Source: Octopus sinensis
Taxonomy: Eukaryota
Direction: 5' to 3'
DNA: 64,000 nucleotides
NCBI RefSeq assembly: GCF_006345805.1
Contig: NC_043000.1
Span: 8,928,001 to 8,992,000, forward strand
Shown here: positions 26,519-40,647 of the stretch, piece after piece
Layout of the letters: each line of letters begins with the position of its first letter
Numbering within the stretch: the stretch's first letter is position 1
The notes under the pieces: model-generated
The model's input: the letters and a program-made list of their open reading frames with translations, nothing else
What the model was told of the DNA's origin: nothing
The model's database searches: none
Program-made: the position numbers and the translations under genes

Positions 26519-26690
26519 CGTCGCCCCATTATCGCGTGACAACCGACGCTGGTGTGTTTACCTCCCCGTAACTTAGCGGTTCGGCAAAACAGACCGATAG
26601 AATAAGTACTAGGGTTACAAATAATAAGTCCTGGGGGTCGATTTGCTCCAGCATGGTCGCAGTCAAATGACTGAAACAAGTAAAAGAATA
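26319..26690 (+). mobile_element. SINE family B
   Basis: TGGCTGTGTGGTAAGTAGC..GGTTCAGTCCCAC..(GT)n..GACTGAAACAAGTAAAAG. Confidence 0.9.
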
Positions 26691-27461
26691 AAAGGAAAAA
26701 AAGAATAAAACCGATATAGAAAGAGGATATATGTCGTAAGATACAATTTATAAACACGGCAGACGCACCGAGGTCGATGAGTATGATGAAAGTATGGAAG
26801 AAAACTGACCTCCACATAAAACAACTGTAAACCGAAGGGATTGGAAGAAACGTGTATTCAGGTACACATAGAAATAGCAAGCTGGTTTAAAATATCCAAT
26901 ACAAAACTATTTCATAAAAGGTTTGGAATAGGTGATATAGCATAGGATAATACAAGCGTAAAGTATGCGGTTAACACTTTACAAACGATGTCGACGATAT
27001 TTCACTGCAGATCAGACAACAAACAAGCCCTTGTCGCGACACTCGCTTTGAAATGAAGATAAGATGTAATGAATTTTCAAGTGTTGTTCAACTTTTGGAA
27101 GTTCAAATCATATGTTTATGATTATAATTGTGAAGAAATATTTTAAAGTGAGGAGACGATTTAATATCAACGGACCGACCAAATACAATAGATGTGGTCA
27201 GCAACGAACATTGAAGTACACCAGTCTTAAGAAATGCTTTCGTCATATTAACGAGATATCAAAAGAGAAATTCAGAGATCCGTGAAAGATATTAAAATTA
27301 TACAAGCAATATTTAATGCGAAGTGATACTATAGTAATTTGTGCTTTCGGCACAATATGAGACGGTTTCCATCTAACCACTGAAAAGAAGCATTGATTTA
27401 ACGTCGACTATTGGTCAATAACTTGGAAAAGGAATTCAGCAGACAGAAAGTACAAAAACTA

Positions 27462-28140
27462 AGGCGGCGGTGGGCTGGCAGAAACGTTAGCACGCCGGGC
27501 GAAATGCTTTGTGGTATTTCGTCTGCCGTACGTTCTGAGTTCAAATTCCGCCGAGGTCGACTTTGCCTTTCATCCTTTCGGGGTCGATAAATTAAGTACT
27601 AATTACGCACTGGGGTCGATGTAATCGACTTAATCCGTTTGTCTGTCCTTGTTTGTCCTCTCTATGTTTAGCCCCTTGTGGGTAGTAAAGAAATAAGAAA
27701 CTACAAAAACTTACCGTATCTATTCTTTCTAATTTTGGTACAAGGCCAGCAATTTTGAGTGGAGGGGTAAGGCGATTACCTCGATTCCGGTGTTTGACTG
27801 GTACTGCTTTATTTTATTGACACCTAAAGAATAAAAGGTGAAGTCGTCCTCGATGGCATTTGAACCCAACATAAAGAGCCGGAAAAAAATGCCACTAAGT
27901 ATTTTGTCTGGCGTACTAACGATTCTCTCAGCTCGCTGCCTCAATGCTTGTATGTTAGTAATAATAATTATCGGCTTGAAGGCGGTGAACTAACAGAATT
28001 ACACGTTAGCACGCCGGGCAAAATGCATCTTATTCGTCTTTACATTCTGAGGTCAAATTCCGCCGAATTCGATAAAATAAGTATCAACGGATTTTGGAGT
28101 CGAAATTACTGGCCTTGTGCAAAAATTTTTGAAATCAATA
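27462..28140. mobile_element. SINE family A cluster (+ 27462-27695, - 27730-27941, + partial 27980-28140)
   Basis: Family A head and core in alternating orientation. Confidence 0.85.
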
Positions 28141-28532
28141 TTATATGACTTCATGGTTTGTATAAAAAGGAAACAAAAAGGGAAAGAAACTCCGCAGGAA
28201 TAAGCATTACTAAATATTTCATCTATTTTTAAGTTCGTCGAAGAATAAAATATTTAACGTATTAAATTCAAGATACTCGAACATTAGTGAGGCTTTTCTT
28301 TTTCTCTATCAAGGTTAATTATATCTTTTAAAATTCAGAAACGTCTAGATATCTCTTGTGACAAACTTCGGTGACTTTTCTACTCAATGTAAAACATGTC
28401 TATAACCTGTTAATGGTGACATAATTCACATCGAAGTGAAACATCTTTGCTTTCACGGGGATATTTATTTTAGAAATTAGATTATTTTTAAAGGTTCTTT
28501 ATCGTTCAAATTCGTAAGTTAAACGTTCTTCT

Positions 28533-28564
<32 letters not shown>

Positions 28565-29568
28565 CATACATACATACATACATACATACATACATACATA
28601 CATACATACATACATACATACGAAATGTTGAAATTTCAATGAAGGAGCCTTGGATCTAGGTTAGAAACCGGCTCTTTCTCTATCGGTAATAAATCTTGAA
28701 ATAAAACTGAACAATGACATCCATAGTGATTACATCTCTTCACAAATGGCTACTGTCTCCTCGTGCTTCGTTGACAGTGGCATTTTTCACTCTCCGTCCA
28801 TGACTTCTCAGATGAGCATTCAGTCTTGTTGCAGATCTTCATGGTTTGAAACATAAGTGACAGAGTGTTATGTCGCACGTTCCGATGCCTTCTACTCAAC
28901 TCGACTCCGACTGCTACTCAACTCGACTCCGACTGCTACTCAACTCTGTTCTCTCCTACTCTCCTGGCGTCTAGGCTTCTCCCTCTATGTCTACGTATTG
29001 GGCTAGTCTACTTCATCGTCTGTGGGGGCGTCCACACATCACAGAGGAAAGTTGTAACTTACTGTGAGCTTCCAGATGGTTACGTCTGCACACGTCACCA
29101 ATCGTCCATCACCATAGGACTTTCTGTAGACGGAATAAAATAGAATAAAATAAAGGAAGAATAAAAAGATATATGTACGACATTGGCTTATAGTGATAAA
29201 CGTTTACACAACACGAACATCACTCACTGAGCCTCTGTGATTAGAACCCAGTGGCAGGCCGAAGTCAGATTACCAGTAATCGCGTGAAGACGCAGGTTTT
29301 TCATCAGAATGTCCTTTTCTAGTAGGATGCTGTGACAACAAGAGGGCGCCTTACTTTTGATAGTTCTACTGCAGGACTTGGCGCCAGCCACGCATATTTC
29401 TGAGCCCCCGCGCCCAAATGGATTCTCATCACAAAATACTAGTTAACCCATAGCTTGAACTCTGACTCGTGCTTCCACTCCGAGTCAAAAATCCGTAACC
29501 CACGTACCAGAGCCCTACTACCTGATGCAGTATAAAGTCGTACCCAGGACATAACATGCATACATACA

Positions 29569-29600
<32 letters not shown>

Positions 29601-29614
29601 CAGACAAACAAACA

Positions 29615-29646
<32 letters not shown>

Positions 29647-29664
29647 CAGACAAACAAACATACA

Positions 29665-29696
<32 letters not shown>

Positions 29697-29750
29697 CAGA
29701 CAAACATACATACATACATACATACATACATACATACATACATACATACA

Positions 29751-29781
<31 letters not shown>

Positions 29782-29953
29782 TCACGTTCGAAACTAAAGC
29801 TAGCACTCCTATTAGCTACTACCACATTATAACGTTCAGACTTTCTACTAACATCTCTTTTCCTAACTCAACTCTATTTTGATCAAAGACCTCGGACCTG
29901 GGATTATTATTATTATTATCATCATCATCATCATCATCATTATTATTATCATT

Positions 29954-30253
29954 GCATTTGCACAGCTTCTAACGCTGGAGATGTACTACGATGTCAGCTG
30001 TTCATTACCAGTGAACTAAGGTAACACCTCTTATTTTTCGAGCACCTTCCGGAGTATCCGAGCGTTTTCAAGCAGTGCTGTTTTCTGCAAGTGCTCCACA
30101 CTTATCGCAGCCCCTATTTGTTCCATGAACTTCTCGATATTTTTACTTACTGTTCCCAGGGTTCCGACATTTATTGGTACCACTACCACCTTTTTCATCG
30201 ACCACAGCTGCTTTACCTCCAAAGCTAACCTGTCGTATACACCTATCGACTTT

Positions 30254-30255
<2 letters not shown>
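29954..30255 (-). mobile_element. 3' end of a second R4/Dong-type LINE family
   Basis: EVKQLW..VVPINVGTLG..LQKTALLENARILRKVL* matches the C-terminus of ORF 43489..44175; flanked by (ATT/ATC)n and (ATT)n. Confidence 0.85.
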
Positions 30256-30308
<53 letters not shown>

Positions 30309-30319
30309 CATTATTATTA

Positions 30320-30380
<61 letters not shown>

Positions 30381-30457
30381 CATTATTATTATTATTATTA
30401 TATTATTATTATATTATTATTATTATATTATTATTATTATCATTATTATTATTATTA

Positions 30458-30488
<31 letters not shown>

Positions 30489-30511
30489 TATTATTATTAT
30501 CATTATTATTA

Positions 30512-30576
<65 letters not shown>

Positions 30577-30590
30577 TATTATTATTATTA

Positions 30591-30629
<39 letters not shown>

Positions 30630-30655
30630 CATTATTATTATTATTATTATTATTT
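30256..30655. repeat. (ATT)n microsatellite
   Basis: Direct reading. Confidence 0.97.
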
Positions 30656-32069
30656 TAGTTCATGTAATATTCTCAACTGTATCTGGATCTCCGTTTAAAA
30701 TTTGCTAAAGATTGGTTGAGAAACGGCAGCGACGTTGTTTCAAGACAGACCAACATCGATGCTTATAGACATTAGAAAAGAATCGGATCTGAGACCTGGT
30801 TCTTATAGCAAATCAGTCTTGTTGGATTGCTATTGTGCAACAATCAATTCTACCCTGAAATAATCCCGTACAGGTATCGACTTGATATTATCAAACGGTT
30901 AAGATGAACTATTAACGATCAGCTATCTACTGTTTTTATTCGTTGCGTAGTCAGATATTTATGCTTCTAAGCTGATATTTAAAAACAAATATTGCAGTCA
31001 AAAAAATCATTTAAAATTTCCGGATTATTGAATTCATATTGTTCTTATCTTTGTCCTGTTCGTTGATCTATTCGTGTCAAAGAAATTCTACACAAAAAGA
31101 TTAACTTAATAATCCGGAAACGTTAAATTACTCTCCTCAAAATATTCATCTTAACAATTCAAATATGTAATTTCCTTTGTAATTTTATCTGTTATATTAA
31201 AACTGAAGAAAAATTGTCTGGATTCGTTTTAAAACCAACAGGTATTCAGAAATATTTCAAAATGGAATATAAAGTCAATATTTGTTTTAAAGTGGAATTC
31301 TAATTTTTTTTTTCTTTTTGTATATTGTTCTTCAAAATTTTTTTTGATATTTTAAAACTTGTTTTTGTTCTTTCATCTTCATCTCAAACCATGAAACTGT
31401 AAAATTACTATGATGGAATCATTCACATTAATTCACTTCAAGGATAAATAATTTCTCAGAAATACCCATTCCTAATCACATACAAATATGTGTGCATATA
31501 GCAGGCAAGAGATATTTTCTTTCTTATACTGCAACGTAAAATAGTTTCTAGTTGGATGACCAAAATAAGTTTGTTTAGATATATTGTCTAACATAATTCT
31601 TTAGTTTAAAAGTAGTTGAAGTAATATAAGTGTAATAATTCTGTTAAAACTTAAATGTTTCCAGTGTATATGTTGCATATTGCTAAGTTCTCACACTTTC
31701 AAGCATTGGAATTTCTTGTTTTATTTTTGATGCTTGATGGAAAGAAGGAAGGGTACACTGGGCAATGTAGTTCTAGATAATGAAGATGGTGTAACAACTA
31801 CTAATTAGTGGAACGACTTTGATTATAGTTCTGCTCGATCAGTGCTGAGTTGAGACTCAATGACCACTAAGTCTCTTCCACTAGGCTACACGCTCGAGCT
31901 TCTGTAGTGTCTGCCAAGATGGCCTCCAAGAGAAAATTTGCAACGAACCCTCGAGTGGAGGCCATCTCGGAGAGACCCCTTCGAAAATCTAAGGAATGCA
32001 CATGATTTTTTGAGAGAGCGCGAGAAAGAGAGGGAGTATGTGTGTGTGTGTATGTGTGTGTGTGTGTGT

Positions 32070-32106
<37 letters not shown>

Positions 32107-32329
32107 CTATCAGATATTCAAGGGTCTGTTCTTAGTTCTCCGGGTCTTGAACTGTTGTACCCACTGAAAACACCCTTCTTACAGTCCCTGATTACGCATC
32201 TTGAACGTTTTTTCTTTCTTCACTGTTTAGTTTTTAGTTTCTTAGTAACTAATTGCGACAAACTATTTCATAGATACTTTAAATAGAATATTTCAAATTC
32301 TTGTTATCGTTATTATTATCATTATTAAA

Positions 32330-32557
32330 GGCGGCGAGCTGGCAGAAACGTTAGCACGCCGGGCGAAACGCGTAGCTGTATTTCGTCTGTCGTTACGTTC
32401 TGAGTTCAAATTCCGCCGAGGTCGACTTTGCCTTTCATCCTTTTGGGGTCGATAAATTAAGCACCAGTTATGCACTGGGGTCGATGTAATCGACTTAATC
32501 TGTGTGTCTGTCCTTGTTTGTCCCCTCTGTGTTTAGCCCCTTGTGGGTAGTAAAGAA
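32330..32557 (+). mobile_element. SINE family A, full length
   Basis: Near-identical to 4481-4710. Confidence 0.92.
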
Positions 32558-33904
32558 TTCTATATATTAATGCAGCTCGTTTACTATGCTAAAAGGAAGT
32601 TTTAGATTGTTATTTCAATTGTTTCTGCTATTATTATCAACATTGTTTTTGTACCCAGATATATTGAACACATTAACTTTTTCTGCAGTGGTGCCACTTG
32701 GGAGAGTAAGGAAGTGACGTCATATAAGCATGTAGCCTACTGGAAGGCTCTTTGTGGTCGTTTAGGTCCAACGCAGCACTGGTGATCAACAATTTTCTAG
32801 TTGTTATTAGTTGTTAACATCTCATCTTACTTACCTAGAGCTACATTGTCTTATATGCTTTCTCTCCTAGTATTGTTATATTTATTTCTTACCGAAGAAC
32901 TCTGAAAAGTCACAAGAATCCGATACATATTTTTTACACCGTGTAACACGATTTTCGTCCTTGGGTAGCAACTGTTATTTCCTATTTGCTTACTCTTAGA
33001 AAATATGAAGAATGGTTAATACTTCCGTCAAGCTTTTCTTTTGTTACATTTATTCAAACCCCAAAGAATCCCTCTAAATACATGGCTATGTGCTCATGAT
33101 CTTGAACATGATTAGCAATGCACATAATGTCAGCCACTGAGGGACGTGCTCAGGTGGTTATGGCCAAGCAATTGACAAGCAAATCTGTGGCATTGAACAG
33201 AATATTTGCTATAACTATATTTCTACTTCAGGGACTCAGCGTTGAATCTGTCTGAAATGTAATGGAAAATAGGTCAGTTTCAAAACATTGATGTTCAGGT
33301 CACAAAAGCAAAGTTTGAAGGGAATAGTAGTCATTTCCTTTGATTTCTAGATAGAAGCAAATAGGACATAACACTTACTGGCCAAAGACATAAAAAAAAT
33401 TATAATAATTTTGTTACACGGTGTTATTATCAAAATAACATATGACAACTTCGTTAATCGACAATTTCTGAAGAGTGAAACATACCTCTATGGTTGGATA
33501 TTGGCGCCTTGAAATTACAATCTTCACACTTGAGAAATTACTATAATCAAATGTATCGTCATTAAAGATTAGTCCTTTTCCTGCGTGAAAGGATAATTCT
33601 GTACGAGTCTTTGATCTCTTCCTTATCCTGCTTAAAACATAATTCAAACGAAACCAGATCTGAACGATAACTTGGATGTATTTCCATCGATTAAATCTGG
33701 AAAGCAAAGTAGATTCATAAAAGCAACTGCTCCTATAACATATTTTTTTGGCTTTCAACTTATTTTAGACACATCTGAATATATTGTAAATTTTCAATGT
33801 TTTCAGAAAAGGTTGTAAAACATGATCTTTGCCAGGTACGAAACAGGATATATTGACAAATATTCACATAGTTTCACAGTATTGAGGACTTTGGTTGACA
33901 AATA

Positions 33905-34250
33905 TTAGGTTGTTTCGAAAATAATGACCGATTTCAGAAACAATTTTATTCTGGAAAAATTAACAATAGAAATGTTTTGATTAGTCAAAGTATGAGCCGT
34001 GAACATCTGTGCATCTTTGCCATCAATCAACAAGATTATTTATGCCTCGTTGATAAAAACTTATTATCTTTGATGCTAAGAAATCTTTGAAAACTGATTC
34101 CGCCTCTTGTTTGGATCTGAAAGTTTTATCACTTAAAAACGTGTTTAAATGCTTTAAAAAATGGTAGTCAGTGGGTGAAGGATCAGGAGAATATGTAGGC
34201 TGTGGTAAAGTCTCATATCCCAAGACTGTGAGTTTCTGTAGCGTCATTCA
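33905..34250 (-). mobile_element. mariner (DD34D-type) 3' fragment
   Basis: LPQPTYSPDPSPTDYHFL..FYQRGINNL..WQRC..GSYFD*; terminus TA|TTAGGTTG. Confidence 0.88.
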
Positions 34251-35514
34251 CTCCTTTAACACCTCACCACCTCCAAACCCCACCCCAATCAAGTATCTTG
34301 TGTTGACCATTCACTACTTTCTTTAAGCTATCGTCCATCAACAGTCTTTCACTCCCACACTGATTAACAAACCCCAACCCCACCCCAAACACGTCCAAAT
34401 CCCATATATATAATCACAGAGCCCCAAATTCTCAGATCTGTTTGACAGCGAATGTGAGAAAGTTCTCCTAAAAAGTTAACAAGGAATTTTTTTTAATCTC
34501 CCTATCCAAGTTAACAAAGAACTTACTAGATCTATGAACTAAAGTGTAAAATTCATATTATTAAAAAAATTAAAAAACAATAAATTCAACTGATTAGAAC
34601 AACCAGTGAAGTCCTTATTTTCCACTTTTCAAATATACTTAACTGTACCAAGTATCTTACACATTTTCCAATATATGTATATTTTCTTCCTCATTTCCTC
34701 GCTTTAGACCTGTGGTTGAATATAGAGAACAAATCTTAGGGTGAATTGTAGGCATTTGACATCTACTTCTAGCGCAGGCGGCTCGTCTTTCCAGTAGCCC
34801 TTAATTATAATCATATTTTTATAATTATATACCTCAAAAATTAATTTTACCTATACGGTCATTTTTATGTGCTAGGCCACTGATAGAATCATTTTGATTA
34901 TATCGTTTCCGCAACTATTTCTGAAAGTAATAGTGTATTTATGTCACAATGAAAATTATAAACTTGAACTCGGACGTAAATATGTGCACCTGTGGATCTT
35001 AATGTAGTGTAAACAGAATGCTTTTATTTCATATTTCGTATGTATATGCGGATATTTAACACTTTGCATGGTATTGTAGTACTATTGTGACTATATTGAT
35101 AATAATGGAATCTATGTATTGTTTTTCTAGTATTAGCGTTATTAATAATAATATGAAGGATGATATTGATAGCATTAGTGGTAATGACAAAGATAATGAT
35201 GCTAACATTAATGACATTTTGGAAATTAATAAGAATTAATATGATGTACTCTTGACTCTGTATATCTGCATTTAGGCATTAATATGTGTATGTTTTACTA
35301 CATTGTAATTATCACAATATTAGGTTGAAAAACTGTAACATTGAATGTGGAACATATGTATGTTTATTAATTTATATTATTTATATCATTATGTATATGT
35401 ATATTTATATGTATAGAAGTATGAGTATATGCACTCATATGTATATGTATGTTTTATTATGGGTATGTACCCACACCTGTATAAGTATGTATGTAATCTG
35501 ATTTGTATCACATA

Positions 35515-35641
35515 ATCTCCGAAGAGGCCTTAGGATATTTTTGTAAATGTCTCATTTATAACTACATATTGACCTACCATAAATGGCTAATATAAGTAAA
35601 ATGAGACATACTTATCTACATGGCCGAAACAGCTGTAAGAT
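35515..35641 (+). ncRNA. Type-I hammerhead with long stem II and CCGAAGA core variant
   Basis: ATCT-CCGAAGA-GGCC..ATGTCTCATTT/AAATGAGACAT..GGCC-GAAAC-AGCT-GTA^AGAT; palindromic stem III ACAGCTGT. Confidence 0.72.
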
Positions 35642-36196
35642 GTAGTCTATATTTATATTTATATGTACTTATATTTACATTCTCTTATACATATTCTACT
35701 TATTGTATAACATTACTCTTTTATGTACTCTGTTTTGTTCTACATTATTATGTTTAACCTTATAGTTTCTTATGTGGTGGTTTAATAAAGTATGTGATTG
35801 AGTATTATCTGGTAATTGATATTTGATTTCGATGTATTTCTCCATTTTCTTATTTTGTATATATATATATTTATACAAATATATATAACATTACGTACAT
35901 GTGAAGGCGCATGGCTCGATGGTTAGAGGGTCGGGCTTACAATCGTGCGGTTGTGAGTCTGATGTCCGGATCGGGCTGTATTCTTGAGCAAGATATTTTA
36001 TTTCCATTTCACTCAGCCGTAGAAATGAGTTGCGACATTACTGGTACAAAACTTTGCCGTGCAGAGAGATGCTTTGTCACTTTTTACATGCTTATAAACA
36101 CGCTCTCACATACATTCAACACACAAATATACATATATATATGTGTGTGTGTGTGTATCCATCTATCTATATATATATATGTATATATATATAATA

Positions 36197-36253
<57 letters not shown>

Positions 36254-36257
36254 TCGT

Positions 36258-36661
36258 TTACTCGTTTACTTGTTTCAGTCATTTGACTGCGGCCATGCTG
36301 GAGCACCGCCTTTAGTCGAGCAAATCGACTCTGGGACTTATTCTTTGTAAGCCCAGTACTTATTCTATCGGTCTCTTTTGCCGAACCGCTAAGTGACGGG
36401 GACGTAAACACACCAGCATCGGTTGTCAAGCAATGCTAGAGGGACAAACACAGACACATAAACATATACACACACATACACATATATATATATATACATA
36501 TATACGACAGGCTTCTGTCAGTTTCCGTCGACCAAATCCACTCACAAGGTTTTGGTCGGCCCGAGGCTATAGCAGAAGACACTTGCCCAAGATGCCACGC
36601 AGTGGGACTGAATCCGGAAGCATGTGGTTGGTTAGCAAGCTACTTACCATACAGCCACTCC
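36258..36661 (-). mobile_element. SINE family B, full length
   Basis: Reverse complement of 26319-26690. Confidence 0.9.
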
Positions 36662-37039
36662 ATATATATATATGCAAACAAATATACAGAGAGATGAGCA
36701 TAATTTTTTATACTGAAACTGAAAAAGTTCCTTCACATCTTCCACAGGGTAAATGAAATTACTCAATCGACCTCATATTCAAATACGAAATATAGCCGTC
36801 GAATATACTATACACCCTTACAGTGGAGAATATTTTGATAATTTAATGGTATTCAGCACTTACTCACCATATATTTTCAAGTATTTCAACAACTTCCGGT
36901 TAATGATGTCGTGCAATAGTTTCTACCCGTTAAACAGTAATTTAAATAATTTTTGCGTTTCGAAATCAATATTTTTATGTCCGAAAGTATTCAAACTAAT
37001 AGTTCTACTTTTCAAGTAATCCTTTTATGTTAAAACCCT

Positions 37040-37250
37040 TTCTCTCATAGACACAATGCCTGAATTTTGTGGGAAAAGGACTAATCAGTTTTATGGACCC
37101 CAGTACTGAACTGGTATTTATTTCATCGAGGCAAATAGATGAAAGGCAAAGTCAGTATCAGTGGAATTTGAACCCAGAGCTTAAAGTGGGACGAAATGCC
37201 ACAAAGCCCTTTTTTCTGGCGTGCTAAAGATTCTGCCAGTTCGCCGCCTT
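37040..37250 (-). mobile_element. SINE family A
   Basis: GATGAAAGGCAAAGTC..GGAATTTGAAC..TGCCAGTTCGCCGCC. Confidence 0.82.
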
Positions 37251-37979
37251 CCTTTTATGTTGAAATACAATCTATATCAGAATACTTTCAGAAATGCTTT
37301 AGCATGCTTTGATTTAGACTCATCAGAGTAATTCTGGTAATATCAGAAAACCTAATACTATTTGACATGTACTACAATATATAATCAAGGTAACGAAGCC
37401 TGTGAACTTTGTATTGCAGAAAAAAGAAATTGATATTGCTTAAACCCTAGTCTAATGATAATGTCTTTGTTGCTATGAATTACAATTTTTTGTTAAAATA
37501 TTTTAAAACACAAAATAGGTAAACGTTTGACAGCCTTGAACTATATATACTGTTGCACTTTTAAAATATTTCAGAAAGTCTCCTCTGCAATAACGATTTT
37601 ATTTCAGAAAAAATTAATATATTGCTCTCTAGGAATTACCTATTCAGAAATGATATATTTTTATCGTCATTTAATGCAACACTTGTCAAAATATTTTCAA
37701 GTTCCCAGAGGTTATGCTGTAGACAGCCTTGTGTCATACATTTCATGCTATACAAAAGGTTTCCGTTTGTTAAAGTGTATCGTATATACAACTTTATTTT
37801 CTCATAAAATGAAGCTTTCTATTGAAATATTTCATAATAGCTTACAGGTGAATGTCGACATCTTTGAATAATACTGTTACACGCTGCACCGAATTCAAAA
37901 GATTTTTTTATTATTATTAACGTACATTGCATATACAACGATTCTTATTTGTGTGGGTGCGCGTGGTCACGAAGCGTGT

Positions 37980-38350
<371 letters not shown>

Positions 38351-38390
38351 TACTACCAACAATAAACGCAACAATAGTAACTATCAAAAC

Positions 38391-39221
38391 ATGGATGGAA
38401 TCAGTAACCACAGAATGACTAATAATAATATTAACAGTAATAAGAGTAATAATAATATCGATACTAATAGAAGTAATAATGTTAATAATAGAAGTAAGGC
38501 TAATAGAGAAAATATAGAGAATGAAAATATCAGTGATATCTATAGCAACAATATACAGTTTGGTAATAATACTAACAATAATAGTAACATTACCAATAAT
38601 GTAAATAATCATGGTAGGACTTTAGACCTAAAAGATGGAGCAAAAGGATCAATAAATAATAACAATGCTTTAGAAAGCAGCACCAACTATAAAAATAATA
38701 ATAATAATAAAGATAATTATACTCATGATAATCAAAATAACAGGAACATAAGACATCTACCCATGAATAATCCAACCCCTGAAGTTGTTCGTCCTGCGTG
38801 TAAATGTAGAATTAAGTCAAGATGCCCGGCACCTGGTCTATGCGGGGAAAATAATGTAATCTATAAATGTACAATATCTACTGATAATAACAAATTTTTT
38901 TACATTGGTTGTACGATAGATTTTGATAAAAGAGTTAGAAATCACGTCTCATCTTTTAGATTACGTCATAAAGCTGGTACCACCACACTTTCAAGTAAGA
39001 TCTGGGAAATCAAAAATAATAACAGGAATTATAACCTTAATTGGGAAATAGTTAGGAGAGCAATGCCGTATAAAAATAACAGGGTTGGTTGCCAACTCTG
39101 CTCCATGGAGACCTACGAAATTCTAAGGCATAGAAGAAATAGAGGCTTGTTAAATAACCATATTGAAGTAGGACAAGTTTGTGTCCACGCTAAATTGAAG
39201 ACTCTAAAATATTTTAAATGA
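38391..39221 (+). CDS. GIY-YIG endonuclease of a Penelope-like element (Hydra-clade-like motifs), Asn-rich N-terminus, no RT
   Basis: Uninterrupted 276 aa: CKCRIKSRCP (CxCx5C), NVIY..YIG..KR..H, CQLC..E, LLN, terminal CVH. Confidence 0.85.
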   Translation: MDGISNHRMTNNNINSNKSNNNIDTNRSNNVNNRSKANRENIENENISDIYSNNIQFGNNTNNNSNITNNVNNHGRTLDLKDGAKGSINNNNALESSTNYKNNNNNKDNYTHDNQNNRNIRHLPMNNPTPEVVRPACKCRIKSRCPAPGLCGENNVIYKCTISTDNNKFFYIGCTIDFDKRVRNHVSSFRLRHKAGTTTLSSKIWEIKNNNRNYNLNWEIVRRAMPYKNNRVGCQLCSMETYEILRHRRNRGLLNNHIEVGQVCVHAKLKTLKYFK

Positions 39222-40237
39222 ATAACTGTATAGAATAATCGTAACAAGATAGATAGATAAATATAGTTGGGTTTTTACTAGTATAGCATTACTTTTTAAG
39301 TAGATAACTGCGAGTTCTCACACTATAGTTATCTTTTTCTTTATAACTGCACCTGATTTTGAGCATTGGGAAATAAATAGTACTCGTACGTTGCTTAAAT
39401 GAGGGTTTATTTAATTCTTAAATCTTAATTTTTAATTTTGAACTTAATCTGATTTAGGTAACACAACTTTAATAAAATAAGTTACTAGGGCTTAACAATT
39501 ATATTACAAAATTAAATAAGTAAGGATACTCCCTTGAAGGTAGTATGAGAATACTTCAATATAATAGACAATTCCATCACACCTTGTTAAATAAATTCTA
39601 AGTTTTGACCGGTAGTCTGTCAATGTATAGATAGTAACGGCAACAATTTTAAGACAGTAACAAAAATAAATAAATAAATTTAAATGACCTCTTGTTAGGG
39701 TTGCACTTAGATCTTTTCTTAATGTATTTCCTTTTGACGATAGCTTTTGACCCTCTACCCCTGACCTTGTTATCTCTTTAGATTCTCTTTAGATTCATAT
39801 CTGCTTTCATCTACGTCAGGTTGGTAGTAAATAGCTGTTTTACTGGTCAAAAATAATTTTCTCTGGTCACTTTAGAATCCCCTTCCCTCAAAGTTGTCAC
39901 AGTATACTCTATATAGGCGTCTTTTCTTTTCTCCCTTCTTCCCCTTTTTTTCCTTTTCTTTTTCTTTTCTTCTCCCCGTTTCTCTTTTTTCTTTTTTCTT
40001 GTTTCTTTTCTTTTTCTTTCCCTTTTTCTTCTTCTTTTCCTTTTTCTTTATCTTTTTTCCTTGTCTCTTTTCTTTTTCTCTTCTTTTCTTTGCTCCACAA
40101 AAAAATTCCTTCAGCCTTTAAAAATCATAACATAGCAGTTTTGCGTGGAGAACAGTAATGTGACAAATACCTTATCATATAGCATGAAATGATTGTGGAT
40201 TAACAATGGATAAATCCATCGTCTGTGAGTATGAAAT

Positions 40238-40441
40238 TCCTCCTCATATCTCTGGAAATTTAAATCTACACTACGGATTAATTCATCTTTTCTGTGAAGC
40301 TAATAAGCATTTAAAAACCTGTGATAAGTATGTGCATCATCCTCCTCATATCTCTGGAAACTTAAATCTACACTACGGATTAATTCATCTTCTCTGTGAA
40401 GCTAATAAGCTTTTAGGAATCTGTGATAAGACTGTGCATCA
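40238..40441. repeat. 102-bp tandem duplication
   Basis: TCCTCCTCATATCTCTGGAAA starts at 40238 and 40340. Confidence 0.92.
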
Positions 40442-40556
40442 TCATTAAGGAACTTTGGAAATCTGTTTGCAACCTAAATCTGCCTTTAATGAAATTATCT
40501 CCAATACTTCATGAGTATAACCTCACCTACTAAGATGTTTGGAGAACTCATATGTA

Positions 40557-40647
40557 TTTTAGCTGATGAGTACGGGACACTTTTATCTGCTGCAATTTTT
40601 GCAACTTGTAATAAAGCCTGTCTTTGTATGAAACAATTGTACTAAAA
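40557..40647 (+). ncRNA. Type-I hammerhead ribozyme, canonical core
   Basis: TTTTAG-CTGATGA-GTACGGGACA..TGTCTTTGTAT-GAAAC-AATT-GTA^CTAAAA: perfect 6-bp stem I, palindromic stem III ACAATTGT, predicted cleavage after 40641. Confidence 0.88.

Noticed and set aside
28866-29212. Possible solo LTR (TGTT..AACA, internal 22-bp tandem repeat)
   Set aside because: No target-site duplication, no second copy, and no PBS or PPT.
33414-37871. ORFs 33414..33758 and 37527..37871 and a possible 29-nt exon near 33808
   Set aside because: No recognisable motifs and no consistent exon chain.
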